The notes beneath the pieces are model-generated. The model saw only the letters and a program-made list of their open reading frames with translations. It had not been told where the DNA came from and ran no database searches. Source: Octopus sinensis (Eukaryota). Taken from it: a DNA stretch of 64,000 nucleotides. The translations under genes were made by a program, and so were the position numbers. Shown here piece after piece: positions 50,457-61,990 of the stretch (the stretch's first letter is position 1; every line of letters starts with the position of its first letter). The stretch is from positions 196,540,001-196,604,000 of the forward strand of contig NC_042997.1 of assembly GCF_006345805.1 (NCBI RefSeq). Direction: 5' to 3'.

Positions 50457-50612
50457 TGTGTTTACGTCCCCGTAACTTAGCGGTTCGGCAAAAGAGACCG
50501 ATAGAATAAGTACTAGGCTTACAAAGAATAAGCCCTGGAGTCGATTTGCTCAACTAAAGGCGGTGCTCCAGCATGGCCACAGTCAAATGACTGAAACAAG
50601 TAAAAGAGCAAA
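50457..50612 (+). mobile_element. SINE family B 3' half
   Basis: Near-consensus. Confidence 0.85.
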
Positions 50613-50684
50613 AGAGTATGTCTAAAACAAGTAAAACGAATAAAAAGAAAAAAAAAAACAGAAAGAAAACAAGTATCATTCTGT

Positions 50685-50800
50685 GTTAAGGGTAAGCACA
50701 GTCGTGAGGTGCTCAGCCACTTGCGTGTTAATTTCACGAGCAGGCAGCTCCCTTGGTCAGATCAACTGGGACTCTCGTTGTCGTAACCGACCAAGTGCCA
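50685..50800 (+). mobile_element. Isolated T2 tail fragment
   Basis: gtgctcagccacttgcgtgttaatttcacgagcagg..ctcgttgtcgtaaccgac. Confidence 0.65.
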
Positions 50801-51497
50801 GTATCTTTTGCTTATATTTTTGTAGTAGTAGAGAGGCTACATTGCGCCGCTAGGGCTCCAATGAACTAAAAGGTAGTTAGGGTTATAGTTTCGTTTCACT
50901 TGGAATGGTTATAGTATAGCTGAAGAGATTAGCAGCAGGTATTTAAAGGGAAATTTGACAAGACAGTCAATCGCCCGCTGACACTCGTTGACGCTACATC
51001 GAAGAGGCCAGGGAACAGAAGAAGAATGAAGACATGCACCCAATACCAGAGCTGAAGACACCTCCGAAGTGTGTGTGTGTGGGGGGGGGGCGCCACGTCA
51101 AAACGGTAGAGGAGTAGGGGCCGAAACCGGGCGTGGTTCCTACTGATGATGTCTTGAGCTAACTGGATCCTATAAAGGAGCTGTTGTGGTAGCAGACCAC
51201 GAAACACGATTGAAATTCTCTCATGGTACTGAAATGTTTCATATGGTAAAAGAAGTTTTGTGATGGACAAGGGTAATATTGAACTGGGGATGTTTATAAT
51301 CCTTTAAAATGGGGCACACTTTAATTGAAACTGTGATATTATTGTGATAGAGAGGTTTATATTGTAGTAGAAGGGGAAATAGTGATAATTATGTTGAAGG
51401 TGACATAATGGGGACCAAAAACGGTTATAGTGTGATGGATGAGCTGTAATGTAGTTAAATACATTATATTTTATGTGGGTGGTGTTAAGGTGGTGTG

Positions 51498-51870
51498 GAG
51501 GTGGTTAGGGCAGCGGATTCGCGGTCATAGGATCGCGGTTTCGATTCCCAGACCGGGCTTTGTGAGTGTTTATTGAGCGAAAACACCTAAAAGCTCCACG
51601 AGGCTCCGGCAGGGGATGGTGGTGATCCCTGCTGTAGTCTTTCACCACAACTTTTTCTCACTCTTACTTCCTGTTTCTGTTGTACCTGTATTTCAAAGGA
51701 CCGGCCTTGTCACTCTCTGTGTCACGCTGAATATCTCCGAGAACTACGTTAAGGGTACACGTGTCTGTGGAGTGCTCAGTCACTTACACGTTAATTTCAC
51801 GAGCAGGCTGTTCCGTTGATTCGGATCAACCGGAACCCTCGTCGTCGTAACCGACGGAGTGCTTCCATCC
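51498..51870 (+). mobile_element. tRNA(Arg)-like SINE, head H2 + tail T2
   Basis: gtggttagggcagcggattcgcggtc head, H2 body, then T2 tail ending ccctcgtcgtcgtaaccgacggagtgc. Confidence 0.85.
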
Positions 51871-52594
51871 AATCCCTTTCACAGCAATAGAATCCCCAAC
51901 ACATTCACCTCCACCACCAACACCACCTTCATGTAATCCCAACTATTTGAATATAAATCCCTCAACAACAAATAACTCCTACCACCACCACACCTCATAT
52001 AAAAAAAATCCTTTTATACAAAAAGCGAATCAACAGACATTTACTGAGACAAGATATTATCAAAACCATCGAAGCATTTGAAAAGAGAAATGTCACTGCC
52101 ATTACGTTCTGGTAATTTTCCAACTTCGTCCTCATTCCCCGGAGACCTTTCAGTTTGAAATTATCTCTCAAAGCAACTTCTTCTAGATTTATTATAATTC
52201 TAAACTTACAAACTAATATATTTATTATGCAGTTATCACTTTGCATTTTTCTAACCTGATCAACGGATACTCTATCACTTAGAGAATGATTACTTTGACA
52301 GCCACATCGATCACGTAAGCCAACACGTTGGAATTAGTTAATATCTCAAGCCAACGTTTTGGAATTACGTATCTTTCTTATTGATATATCTGTTTCTTTG
52401 GTGACGGAAGAATTTAGTGGCGATTCCCTGTTTTCCGTCACCAGAAAAGGTTGCTAGTGTGTGAAAGAACAGAAGGTCTGATCTGAGATAGATTTAACTG
52501 CTATTTCTAGCACGCCTTTCTAACCGTATGGAGATCGCCCTTCTTCGCTACATATAATATATAATATATTATGTATGTATGTATGTGTATTTTC

Positions 52595-53410
52595 TATTTT
52601 TTAATTATAAATCCTCAGCTTTGTTTCCAACAAAGAGACAAGGCTCCATCTTTGTTAACATCTCTTATCTAGTTAACAGAGACAAGTTCACATTTGGAAC
52701 TTGAGAAAAGTCTTGCATATTTTTACTGTTCCACTCATAGATTGCATTTGTAATGTATGAATTAGCCAGTCGATTTCTCTTTCTGAAAATCTCAGTTTAT
52801 TCAGATTCTCTTTAAGCATTTACTAACAAAACCTAGTGCTCCAATTATTATTGGCTTGAATATGAATTCATAGTCTGAATATAGAAGCTGGAAGTTTCAA
52901 ATAATTTGTCCATATTCTCTTTTTCTTTGATATTCAAAGAGATATTTATGTCTCCAGAGCAGCTAACCTCCATGATGGTACATACCTTTGCCCCTCAGTC
53001 CCAAACAACAATATTCAGCCTGTTATGTTTACATTTGACAGAAGTTTTGATGGGAAGATTCCACCAGTATTCCTTGTGTTGGTGTCTATGAATGTATTCC
53101 TTAACAGAGGGATTTTCTAAGTTTATTTCAGGATAGTCTTTCTTGCAGATGGCATTGTAAATTGGTTTAGCGACAATATCGTGCTGCATAGGAAGATGAC
53201 ATTTTAGGATAGCTGCTAACCACATGGTTAACGTCTTCTACAGAAACGTGACATAGCCTACACATGCGGTAGCACCTTGCGATTACAAGAGCGTCACTGT
53301 CTGTCTTGTTCACCAGGTACTTTGTGGCAATCTCCTGTTCCTGGATTGTAAACGCATAACGTTCAAAGTATGATGTGATGTAGTGGTCTTGTGTCCAAGA
53401 GAGGCTGCGA
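52595..53410 (-). mobile_element. Second 5'-truncated copy of RLE LINE family X
   Basis: Colinear with 8990-9810 (KPIYNAI.KKDYPEINLEN..KEYWWNLPIKTSVKCKHNR); 3' end next to (TATG)n. Confidence 0.88.
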
Positions 53411-53637
53411 TATGCTTTGGTGCTTGTATTCCCTTTTCACGCGAGTAATATTTGCGGTTTTATTGGTATTTCTCATAATTTGGGAATGATCTTACAATTA
53501 ACTCATTGACTGATAAAACTAATGTACTGATTCGGTATACGTCTGAATAATTAGTTTCATAATCATTTAATATGAACTCAATAAAAGTTTTTGGATCCCC
53601 AGAGCCGGATTAGCTGTAATAATGCGGTTTTTGCGTT

Positions 53638-54088
53638 CACGATAGGGTGTTGATAAGTTACTGGTTTTAGGAAAAAGAAAATAAAGGAGGATCAGTTGAT
53701 TAGGATTTTTCTCGATGGCGTCAATCATTTGAAGAATTTCGAGAAGTACAAATGGTACACATGCATTTCATGATACAGTCTCCATAATACCGAACTCTGA
53801 AAAACTAACCATTAAAAATCTGTTTTACCCTCTTCCTATAACTATTTTAGGAGGTTTTACCAACCACCGCTTTATTATCACACACTAAATCCTTATTTCG
53901 GATGCCATGGCTTTCCATTTCTCTGATGCAGTGATGTTATCAATCAGTAGATCTTTCTCAAATTCACACACTTACTGCAGTGGTCTTTCAGTTTTTCTTA
54001 GCTCTGTCAAAGAACTTGGAAGGTTGGGCCCCCAACCAGGCCTTTTGTAACACCCTTAAAGCCAGGAACTTTTCAGCACCCATTCGTA
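53638..54088 (-). mobile_element. Mariner-derived MITE (same family as 46634-46806) split by a 241-bp insertion
   Basis: Diverged ~31-bp TIRs at 53638 and 54058-54088; interior matches 46634-46806 on both sides of the insert. Confidence 0.7.
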
Positions 54089-54735
54089 TTTCCTGGTTAT
54101 TTCGGCGTAAACGTGGAATGGTTGACATATAACTGCGTATATGTATCTAAGAAGGAAAGAAGAGGAAGACAAGAGCGAGAAAGGGACGTGGAAGAAAGCC
54201 AAAGTGAGATTGAGAAGGAAGGAGTAATTTCTTCTTTCTCTCATTACCATTCCGTGTTTCTCAATCTTTTGTTTTTTCTTGATTGAACACTAACACTCTG
54301 CCTCTTTCTATTTCACGATGCAAAGACGAACGGCTACGTTCAATTAAGTGGTAAGATAGCTCACAATAGGAAGGTTTATAAATCAAAATAATAACTTATA
54401 TGCATTCTGTAGCGCTGCAGAATATCCTCTTAATTTCAGAAGCTGTGTTATATAGACACAACCTCTTTCTGTTATCCTAATACTCCATCGGAAATCGATG
54501 GTATCAATCATTTGAAGAATTTCGAGAAGTACAAACGGTACACATGCATTTCATGATACAGTCTCCATAATACCGAACTCTGAAAAACTAACCATTAAAA
54601 ATCTGTTTTACCCTCTTCCTATAACTATTTTAGGAGGTTTTGCCAACCACCGCTTTATTATCACACACTAAATCCTTATTTCGGACGCCATTGCTGTCCA
54701 TTTCTCTGATGCAATGCTGTTATCGATCAGTAGAT
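53712..54735 (+). repeat. Local 241-bp direct duplication (53712-53952 and 54495-54735)
   Basis: Long identical stretches, roughly a dozen substitutions by eye. Confidence 0.92.
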
Positions 54736-55061
54736 TTTATTGACTTTCAATTTTCTAAATTAGAAAACAAAGACAGCTGGGAAACGGTACGAACTGCATT
54801 GAAAATGTTCGAAAAGCCTTGGAAACGACATTCTCCATTAATAATCACTTGCTTTTCCCCTGTGATACTATTTTCAACGAGAAGCTTGCTAGTGAGATCT
54901 TTCGAGAAGAAGGGACAGCAATAGTGACAGTAACAAACTGTCTTTGAGAGATAATTTGCTCTGAACCCAGCAACTGAAGGGTATTTCAGTCTGTCTACTT
55001 TTAATTACACAGAATGACACTCTCCTAGGAATCAATTGTTATATATTATAATACATCGTAA

Positions 55062-55690
55062 GGCGGCAAGCTGGCAGAATCGTTAGCACGCCGGGCAAAA
55101 TGCTTAGAGGTATTTCGTCTGCCGCTACGTTGTGAGTTCAAATACCGCCGAGGTCAATTTTCCCTTTCGTCCTTTCGGAGATCGATAAATTAAGTACCAG
55201 TTGTGTACTGGGTTGATCTAATCGACTGGGCCCCCTTCCCCAAAATTTCGGGCCTTGTGCCTAGAGTAGGAAAGATTATAATACATCGTATTAGCCTTAT
55301 TTCGTCTGACTTCACATTCTGAGTTCAAATTCCGCCGAGGTCGACTTTGCCTTTCATCCATTCGGGGATGAAATTAAGTATCACTTGCGTACTGGGATCG
55401 ATATAATCGACGAGTCCCGAACCCATAAACTTGAGGCCTTGTGTCTCCTGTAGAAATGATTATTATTATTATTAAGGCGGCGAGCTGGCAGGATCGTTAG
55501 CACGCCAGGCGAAATGCTCAGCGTTATTTCGTCTGCCGCTACGTTGTGAGTTCTAATTCCGCCGTGGTCGACTTTGCCTTTCATCTTTTCTGGGTCGATA
55601 ACTTAAGTACCAGTTGAGTACTGGGATCAATGTAATCAACTATCCCTCTCCCCACAATTCCATGCTTTGTACGTATAGCAGAAAGAATTA
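55062..55690 (+). mobile_element. Three adjacent SINE family A copies (55062-55275, 55297-55460, 55476-55690)
   Basis: First copy has a 15-bp TSD ttataatacatcgta (55046-55060 / 55276-55290); third starts in the (ATT)n tail of the second. Confidence 0.85.
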
Positions 55691-57159
55691 TAATACATTT
55701 AACCTGAAATGAAAAATTAACTTAACACATAATAAAACGTCTCTCTCTCTCTCTCTCTCTCTGTCTATCTATCTAGTTTGTTAGATAGATAGACAGATAA
55801 ATACACAGATAAATCGACAGCTAGCTAGCTAGGTAGATAGATAGCTATACTTATCACATGCTTAATTAGTATCGACACTTCAAGCTATAAATAAACTATT
55901 TCTTCCTAGGATCGAATGGTTATTGAGATTTGATAAAGTTAAGCTAGAATATTCTGGAATTCTTAAATCTATCAGTTAACCCCCCCCCCCCCAACCACTC
56001 TCTGTGAGATATGTCTTCTCACGGAGCATTTCATTGACGTGTATTAGACTAAAGAATCGCGAGATGCTGACCACTTCATCTTCCATTTATCCGTTTACGA
56101 TATATCAAATGATTACTTTTCCTATTATAATATAACGGAAAAGGAACAAATATAATGGCAGAAGATTGAGATTTCCACAAATATCTTTCACTTATCTTGT
56201 AAAAGAAGAATTCCCATGAGAGCCACTTAACAACTAGGGTAGTCTCGACTTTATAGGCTACCATCAAGATTATTGATATAAAGTAGCCGTCTTTAGTCTC
56301 TGGGGTCAATATTGTCTAAATAAGGCTCACTGAAACTATTCCGATAATTGTAACTCAATTTATCAACAATGAATTACGGTGGATCTTTTTTTTTTGCGAT
56401 AATCTAACCTAACATTTCTTAAGCAATTAGCCACGCCCAGTTAGGCCCAAAGCCAACGATCACGCATCGACGTTGCTTCAAAACCGAAATAGTTAGAGGA
56501 GTGTTGTGCGTTTGTTTATCGCAAGAAAAATCGATTGTATTTCAAAAGTAATTCTTTTTAAATGGAATACGTACGTGACGTTACAACTTTATTTCAGAGA
56601 ACAGAAGTAGAGAGAGAGAGAAAGAGAGAGAGAAGGGGGAAGAGGAAAAGAAAGGAGAAAGGGATCCACGTTTAATTGTATTCTATAGATTGTCAACATT
56701 TTCAATAATGTAAACCGAATAGACTTATAGCATTATTAGGAGAGGAACTTTAGAACTTACTAATCATTTATCAAAGGGTTTCGATCCAGTCATTTAAATA
56801 ATTTTATTTAAAAATATTCGTCAATAATATTATAAAAACCTATTTAGGATAAGTTATTCATTTTCACTCCCACCATACACACATATTCTTCCATAAAAGC
56901 ATATACAAATACATACATACATACAAATATATATATATATAGTTTGAGTATATGTAGAGGTGTAAATAAACGTGTGGCTTTTCCCTTTATGCTTGTGTAT
57001 CGACCTATCATAATTTTAAAAGCCTGTGTATATAAAATCTTTTATAACTTGCAATAATTTTCGAATTCATATAAAGTATTTTGAATAAAGATGGCGGAAG
57101 TCAGTTTCAGAAAGAATAGAAAGCGCCTGATTATATACGTTGCTTAATACATCTATCAT

Positions 57160-57400
57160 GGTTTTTCGCAGGGATCTGGTTCCAAGAAAAACACACTGAC
57201 AAACGAACCATCTCCACTTACTTCGTAAATGAAACGAATAATAGATTCATTGACACCAAACTCGCGGCCCACAGCAGCAAAGCTTCTACCGTCTGGTAGT
57301 TTCATGATCATTTCCACCTTTATCTGTAAAGAATATTTTCATCTTCGTCGTTTTTTTGGATCTGGTACCCGTACATATTTTCTTTTCACTGGTCCCATGA
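57160..57400 (-). mobile_element. pogo/Tigger transposase N-terminal HTH (CENP-B/psq type) remnant
   Basis: Minus strand PKKRRR..KYSLQIKVEMIMKLPDGRSFAAVGREFGVNESIIR. Confidence 0.65.
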
Positions 57401-57405
57401 TGATG

Positions 57406-57662
57406 GGTTGTTTTTACCTTCTCGAGCTAAGCCTGACTCATAAGGGCCGGTTTCCCGGTTTCTTTGGCGTATAGGTTCCCCACCTGGACGGGACGCCGGT
57501 CCGTCGCAGATTAGCTGCAGGAGGAAAGAGTGAGAGAAAGGTGTGGCGAAAGAGTCAGCAGAAGTTCGCCTGGAGCTTAGGTGTTTCGCTCATAAACATA
57601 CATATCGCCCGCGATCCCTCGACCACGAGTCCGCTGCTCTAACCACTGGGCTACGTGCCTCC
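57406..57662 (-). mobile_element. tRNA(Arg)-like SINE H2 + T1
   Basis: Colinear with 44981-45282, with small deletions. Confidence 0.85.
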
Positions 57663-58364
57663 ACAGTTTGATGGGTACAAATATGTAAAAACACCAATAG
57701 TCAATGCATTCTGGGTAACTGAGCATTGTTGGTGCTCGCTGTCGTGCATTCTTGCAGTGCAGGTAGAGTCTACGGCTTATCGCTGACCGGTGTTCTTACA
57801 GATCAATCCTTGATAAGCGTAACTTCATTCATAATTGAATATACCGTATTATTTCGGACCAATGATGAATGAATCAGCGATAAATGAAGCTACATGTATT
57901 TAGTTTAACTTTAAGTATTCCGTGTTCAAATGGCACCAAAGCGATCTTAGCTTATCAGTCCATACACGACTAAAAATTCACAGCATTAACAACTATTTCA
58001 ATGAAGAAACGTCAAACACAGTAATGAAATAAGCGTAGATAGATGCAAACTGCAAATTGAAGAATTAGTCTGAATATCAAGAAGCCATCATTATTCTCAG
58101 TCTCAATTTCATGGTAAATATTATTTTCTCGGCCATTAATCTAGCCTAGATGTGTCATTAAATGCTGTCTATACTATAATTACTAGTTTATTCCATATAA
58201 ACTTATAAATTTGGTGTTGCCTATATATATATATCAACAGAAAGCAATTATATTAGCTGATAGTTAGAAGATTATAAATCAGTTAAGAGGGCAGCTTGTT
58301 TAGAATAGATTACCTGAATGTTAGATGAGATTACGATATAGATATCTCTCTGATAGTCCTTTAC

Positions 58365-58745
58365 TGGTTTTGGTTAAAGGACGTGGCCATGCTGGAGTAG
58401 CATCTTGAAGTTTTAATCAATGAAATCGAGCTCAGTACTTATTTGGTACTAATTCTATCTATTGTTTTTTTTTCTCTCAAGCCGCTATATTTATGGGTAC
58501 GTAAACAAAACAATATCGGTTGTCTAGTTGTGAGAGACAAACAACGACGTATGCACGCGCACACATACACACACACACACACAACGGGCTTACACACAAT
58601 TTCTGCCTGTCACATTCGCTCACAAAGCATTAATAGATCCGAGGTTTCCCTTCGATCCAAAGTTTCGCAGAGTGGGATTTGAACCAGAAACCACGTGGTT
58701 GAAAAGCGAAAGAGAGCTTTTGAATCACATAGACATTCTTGTATC
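58365..58745 (-). mobile_element. Old, diverged SINE family B
   Basis: gtggccatgctggag..cagtacttat..(CA)n..gggatttgaaccagaaaccacgtggtt. Confidence 0.6.
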
Positions 58746-58877
58746 CTTCATAGAAGAAAAAAAATTTAGGCCGCGTTGGCGATTTGAACCTGAGACCTCA
58801 TGCTTCATAGACCAACAAGGCTATCGCATGGAATAATTTTACAATAAGCAGGATTAAAATTCGAAGAAAATATTTTG

Positions 58878-59068
58878 ACTGGGGTATTGATTTCAAATTA
58901 TGGCACAAGGCCAACAATTTCGGGGAGAGCATTAAGTCGATTACATCGTCCCCGAAAGAATGAAAGGTAAAGTCTACCTCGGCGGAATTTGAACTGAGAA
59001 CGTAAGGACGAACGAAATGCCGCTAACCATTTTGTCCGGCGTGCTATCGGTTCCGTCAGCGCTTTACG
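58878..59068 (-). mobile_element. SINE family A, beta tail, internal deletion
   Basis: ggcacaaggcc..cccgaaagaatgaaagg..ctcggcggaatttgaac. Confidence 0.75.
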
Positions 59069-59070
59069 CT

Positions 59071-59468
59071 TTACCCTTTTACTTGTTTCAGTCATTTGAC
59101 TGCGGCCATGCTGGAGCACCGCCTTTAGTCGAGCAAATCCACCCCAGGACTTATTCTTTATAAGCCTAGTACTTATTCTATCAGTCTCTTTTGCCGAACC
59201 GCTAAGTTACGCGGACGTAAACACACCAGCATCGGTTGTCAAGCGGTTGTGAGGATAAACACAAGCACTCACACAAAGACACAGACGGACAGACACACAC
59301 ACACACACGACGGGCTTCTTTCAGTTTCCGTCTACCACATCCCCTCACAAGATTTTGGTAGGTTTGAAGCTATAGTAGAAACCACTTTCCCAAGGTGCCA
59401 TGCAGAGGGACTGAACCTGAGTCCATGTGGTTGGGAAGCATGCTTACCACACAGCCACGCCTGCACCT
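59071..59468 (-). mobile_element. SINE family B, full length
   Basis: Colinear reverse complement of the consensus. Confidence 0.88.
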
Positions 59469-59689
59469 GTACATAGTCTAAGTAAAAGGCAAAACGAAAT
59501 TTTTGCGGCTAGAATACTGTAGGTGTTTAATTTTAAATTTTCGATAAGACTTGTTCATCTTCAAATGACGGTCACCATAAGACAAGTCTTACATCCTACA
59601 AGTTACAATCATTAAAATAAATTACCGACGATAAATCCTTAAATCCAATCGTTTGGAAAAGATTTTTCGCTGTATTGATTTTGTTTGTG

Positions 59690-60010
59690 TATACATACAT
59701 ACATACATACATACATACATACATACATAATACATACATACATACATACATACTACATACATACATACATACATACATACATACATACATACCTATGTAT
59801 GTAAATATACACATAAGCATATATATAAATATATGCATTTGTACATGTATATATAGATGTCTTAACACACATATATATATACATATATTTATATACATAT
59901 AAATATGCTTATGTATATACAAATGTTATATGTCATACATATATACATTATGTGTATAACATATATAAGATATATATATATATAACATAGATATATGTGT
60001 GTATCTGTAG

Positions 60011-60046
<36 letters not shown>

Positions 60047-60348
60047 CTATATATATACATATGTATATGTATATATGTTATACATATATTTTATATATAT
60101 ATGTATGACATATAACATTTGTATATACATAAGCATATTTATATGTATATAAATATATGTATATATTTTTACATTTATATATATATAAATGTCTTAACGC
60201 ATGTATATATACATATATATATTTACACACACACACATATATATTTGCATTTACATATATATATGTACATATATTTACATGTGTACATACAGACACACCT
60301 ATGTATGTATATATATATATCTTAGTTATATGTACATATCTATCTATC

Positions 60349-60381
<33 letters not shown>

Positions 60382-60470
60382 GTACATATATATACATATA
60401 CATATATATATATATATATATGTACATATATATACATACATATACACGTGTGTGTGTGTGTATGTGTGTA
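59690..60470. repeat. Long compound TACA/TA/CA microsatellite
   Basis: Direct reading; source of several spurious ORFs. Confidence 0.9.
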
Positions 60471-61189
60471 TGCAGAAGAGAAATATTTCTTAAGAATCCC
60501 ACAGAAGCTTACATAAATGCCAATCAGTGTCAAGTCCACTTCTTAACCCCTTTCCTTTATAATTTATCTTTTGTCTTCGTTCAGGGATTTATAAAATATG
60601 TACCAGCTGTATTTTGGAATCGAGCGTTTTTAAAGAGTTAATTCCGCTTCATAATCCATGGAATAATAAATATAGAAAACGTCGAAAGATTTTCTAGGAA
60701 AATTACGAAAACTGTATTTTATAAAACCTTTCTTGAATTACAAGATAATATTGACAAATGCGATATGGCAGTTTTACTATATATATGGTGGTGGATCTCC
60801 GTCGTTTGACGACGAGGACTCAGTTTTTGGATCAACCGAAATTACTTTCTCATTGAATTAAATTATGAGTGGCTGAATATTCCTCAGGCACTTTACTCTT
60901 AACCTAAATGTTAGGAGGCAGAAAAGGCGTGATACCAAGTGTGACAAGTCTGCACCTTTTGAATTGCAAGTACGATCCACTTTGAGTGGATTCAGCACAG
61001 TTTCAGTCTAACTGTACTTAGAAGGTCTGTGTCCGACACGAGGGTAATGAAAAAAAATGTTTGCCTAAGATGGAAGTGGAATGAGTGGGACCAGGTTTCG
61101 GCGGGCTTCGTTTCACTTTCCATTTACAATTTCAGTTAGAAAATGTGTGCCGACCTGAGCTTACGGCAAAAGATAGTTAGATGGATGGT

Positions 61190-61450
61190 TGGATACATAG
61201 ACAAATAGATGGATGGATAGATGAATTGATGGATAGATGGATAGATAGATATATGGATAAATAGATGGATAAATAAATAGATGGATAAATAGATGGATAA
61301 ATAGATAGATGGATAAATAGATGGATAAATAGATAGATGGATAGATAGATGAATAGATAGATGGATAGATAGATAGATAGACGGATAGATAGATAGACGG
61401 ATAGAGAGATAGATAGATAATAGCTATAGACAAATAGATAAATAGATGAG
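61190..61450. repeat. (ATAG)/(ATGG) microsatellite with a 12-bp higher-order unit atagatggataa
   Basis: Direct reading. Confidence 0.85.
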
Positions 61451-61459
61451 GATCCATAA

Positions 61460-61990
61460 GCCTGGAACTTAACCTCATTTCCATGACTAATAAGTACCAA
61501 TCTTTGTCCTCCATGTTGATAGTGGAGTGCTGATACTTCCCAGTGCTCCTATTACTACTGGTATCACGTCTTCTATTTCCTACTTCAAATCATCGTAGTT
61601 TTCGAGTTATTTTTCTTCTTTCACACTGATCCTGTTTTCACTGGGGCACGCTATGTCGATTATCATGCGTGTTCTTTCTTTTCATTCACCACAACGATGT
61701 CCGGTTTCTGATGTCTGGCCAGGTAATCGCACTGAATCATTGCATCCCACAGGATTTTGCACTTTTCAATCTCGGTGACTCCTTTTGGGATTCTCTCATA
61801 CCATGTCTTTGCTCTTTCTAGGCTGTAATTTCCACAGCGCTCCCAAAAGATCATTCTTGCCACATTTTCATGTCTTTTGTATTCGCATTGAGCCAATTTC
61901 AGGCATTCGCTAACGATGTGCCGTACCGTTTAATCCATCCCACTACACATTGTGCATTTGTCGCAATCAGTAGTGTTATCGATTCTGTAT
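61460..61990 (-). mobile_element. RLE-type LINE (R4/Dong-like) 3' fragment, family Y
   Basis: CTMC..TVRHIVSEC..EYKRHENVAR..WYE..KILWD..KPDIVVV..IIDIACP..VVIGALG. Confidence 0.85.

Noticed and set aside
57222-57323. Minus-strand segment with a good acceptor and GTAAGT donor, open in frame
   Set aside because: The peptide is the HTH of a pogo/Tigger transposase and similarity continues past the apparent splice sites; a caution for the other exon candidates
1306-61514. Dozens of ORFs rich in YI/VC/HT/SL/RE dipeptides (e.g. 38821-39420, 20525-21010, 60201-60641)
   Set aside because: They are translations of (TA)n, (CA)n, (TACA)n and (GA)n microsatellites, which lack stops in some frames
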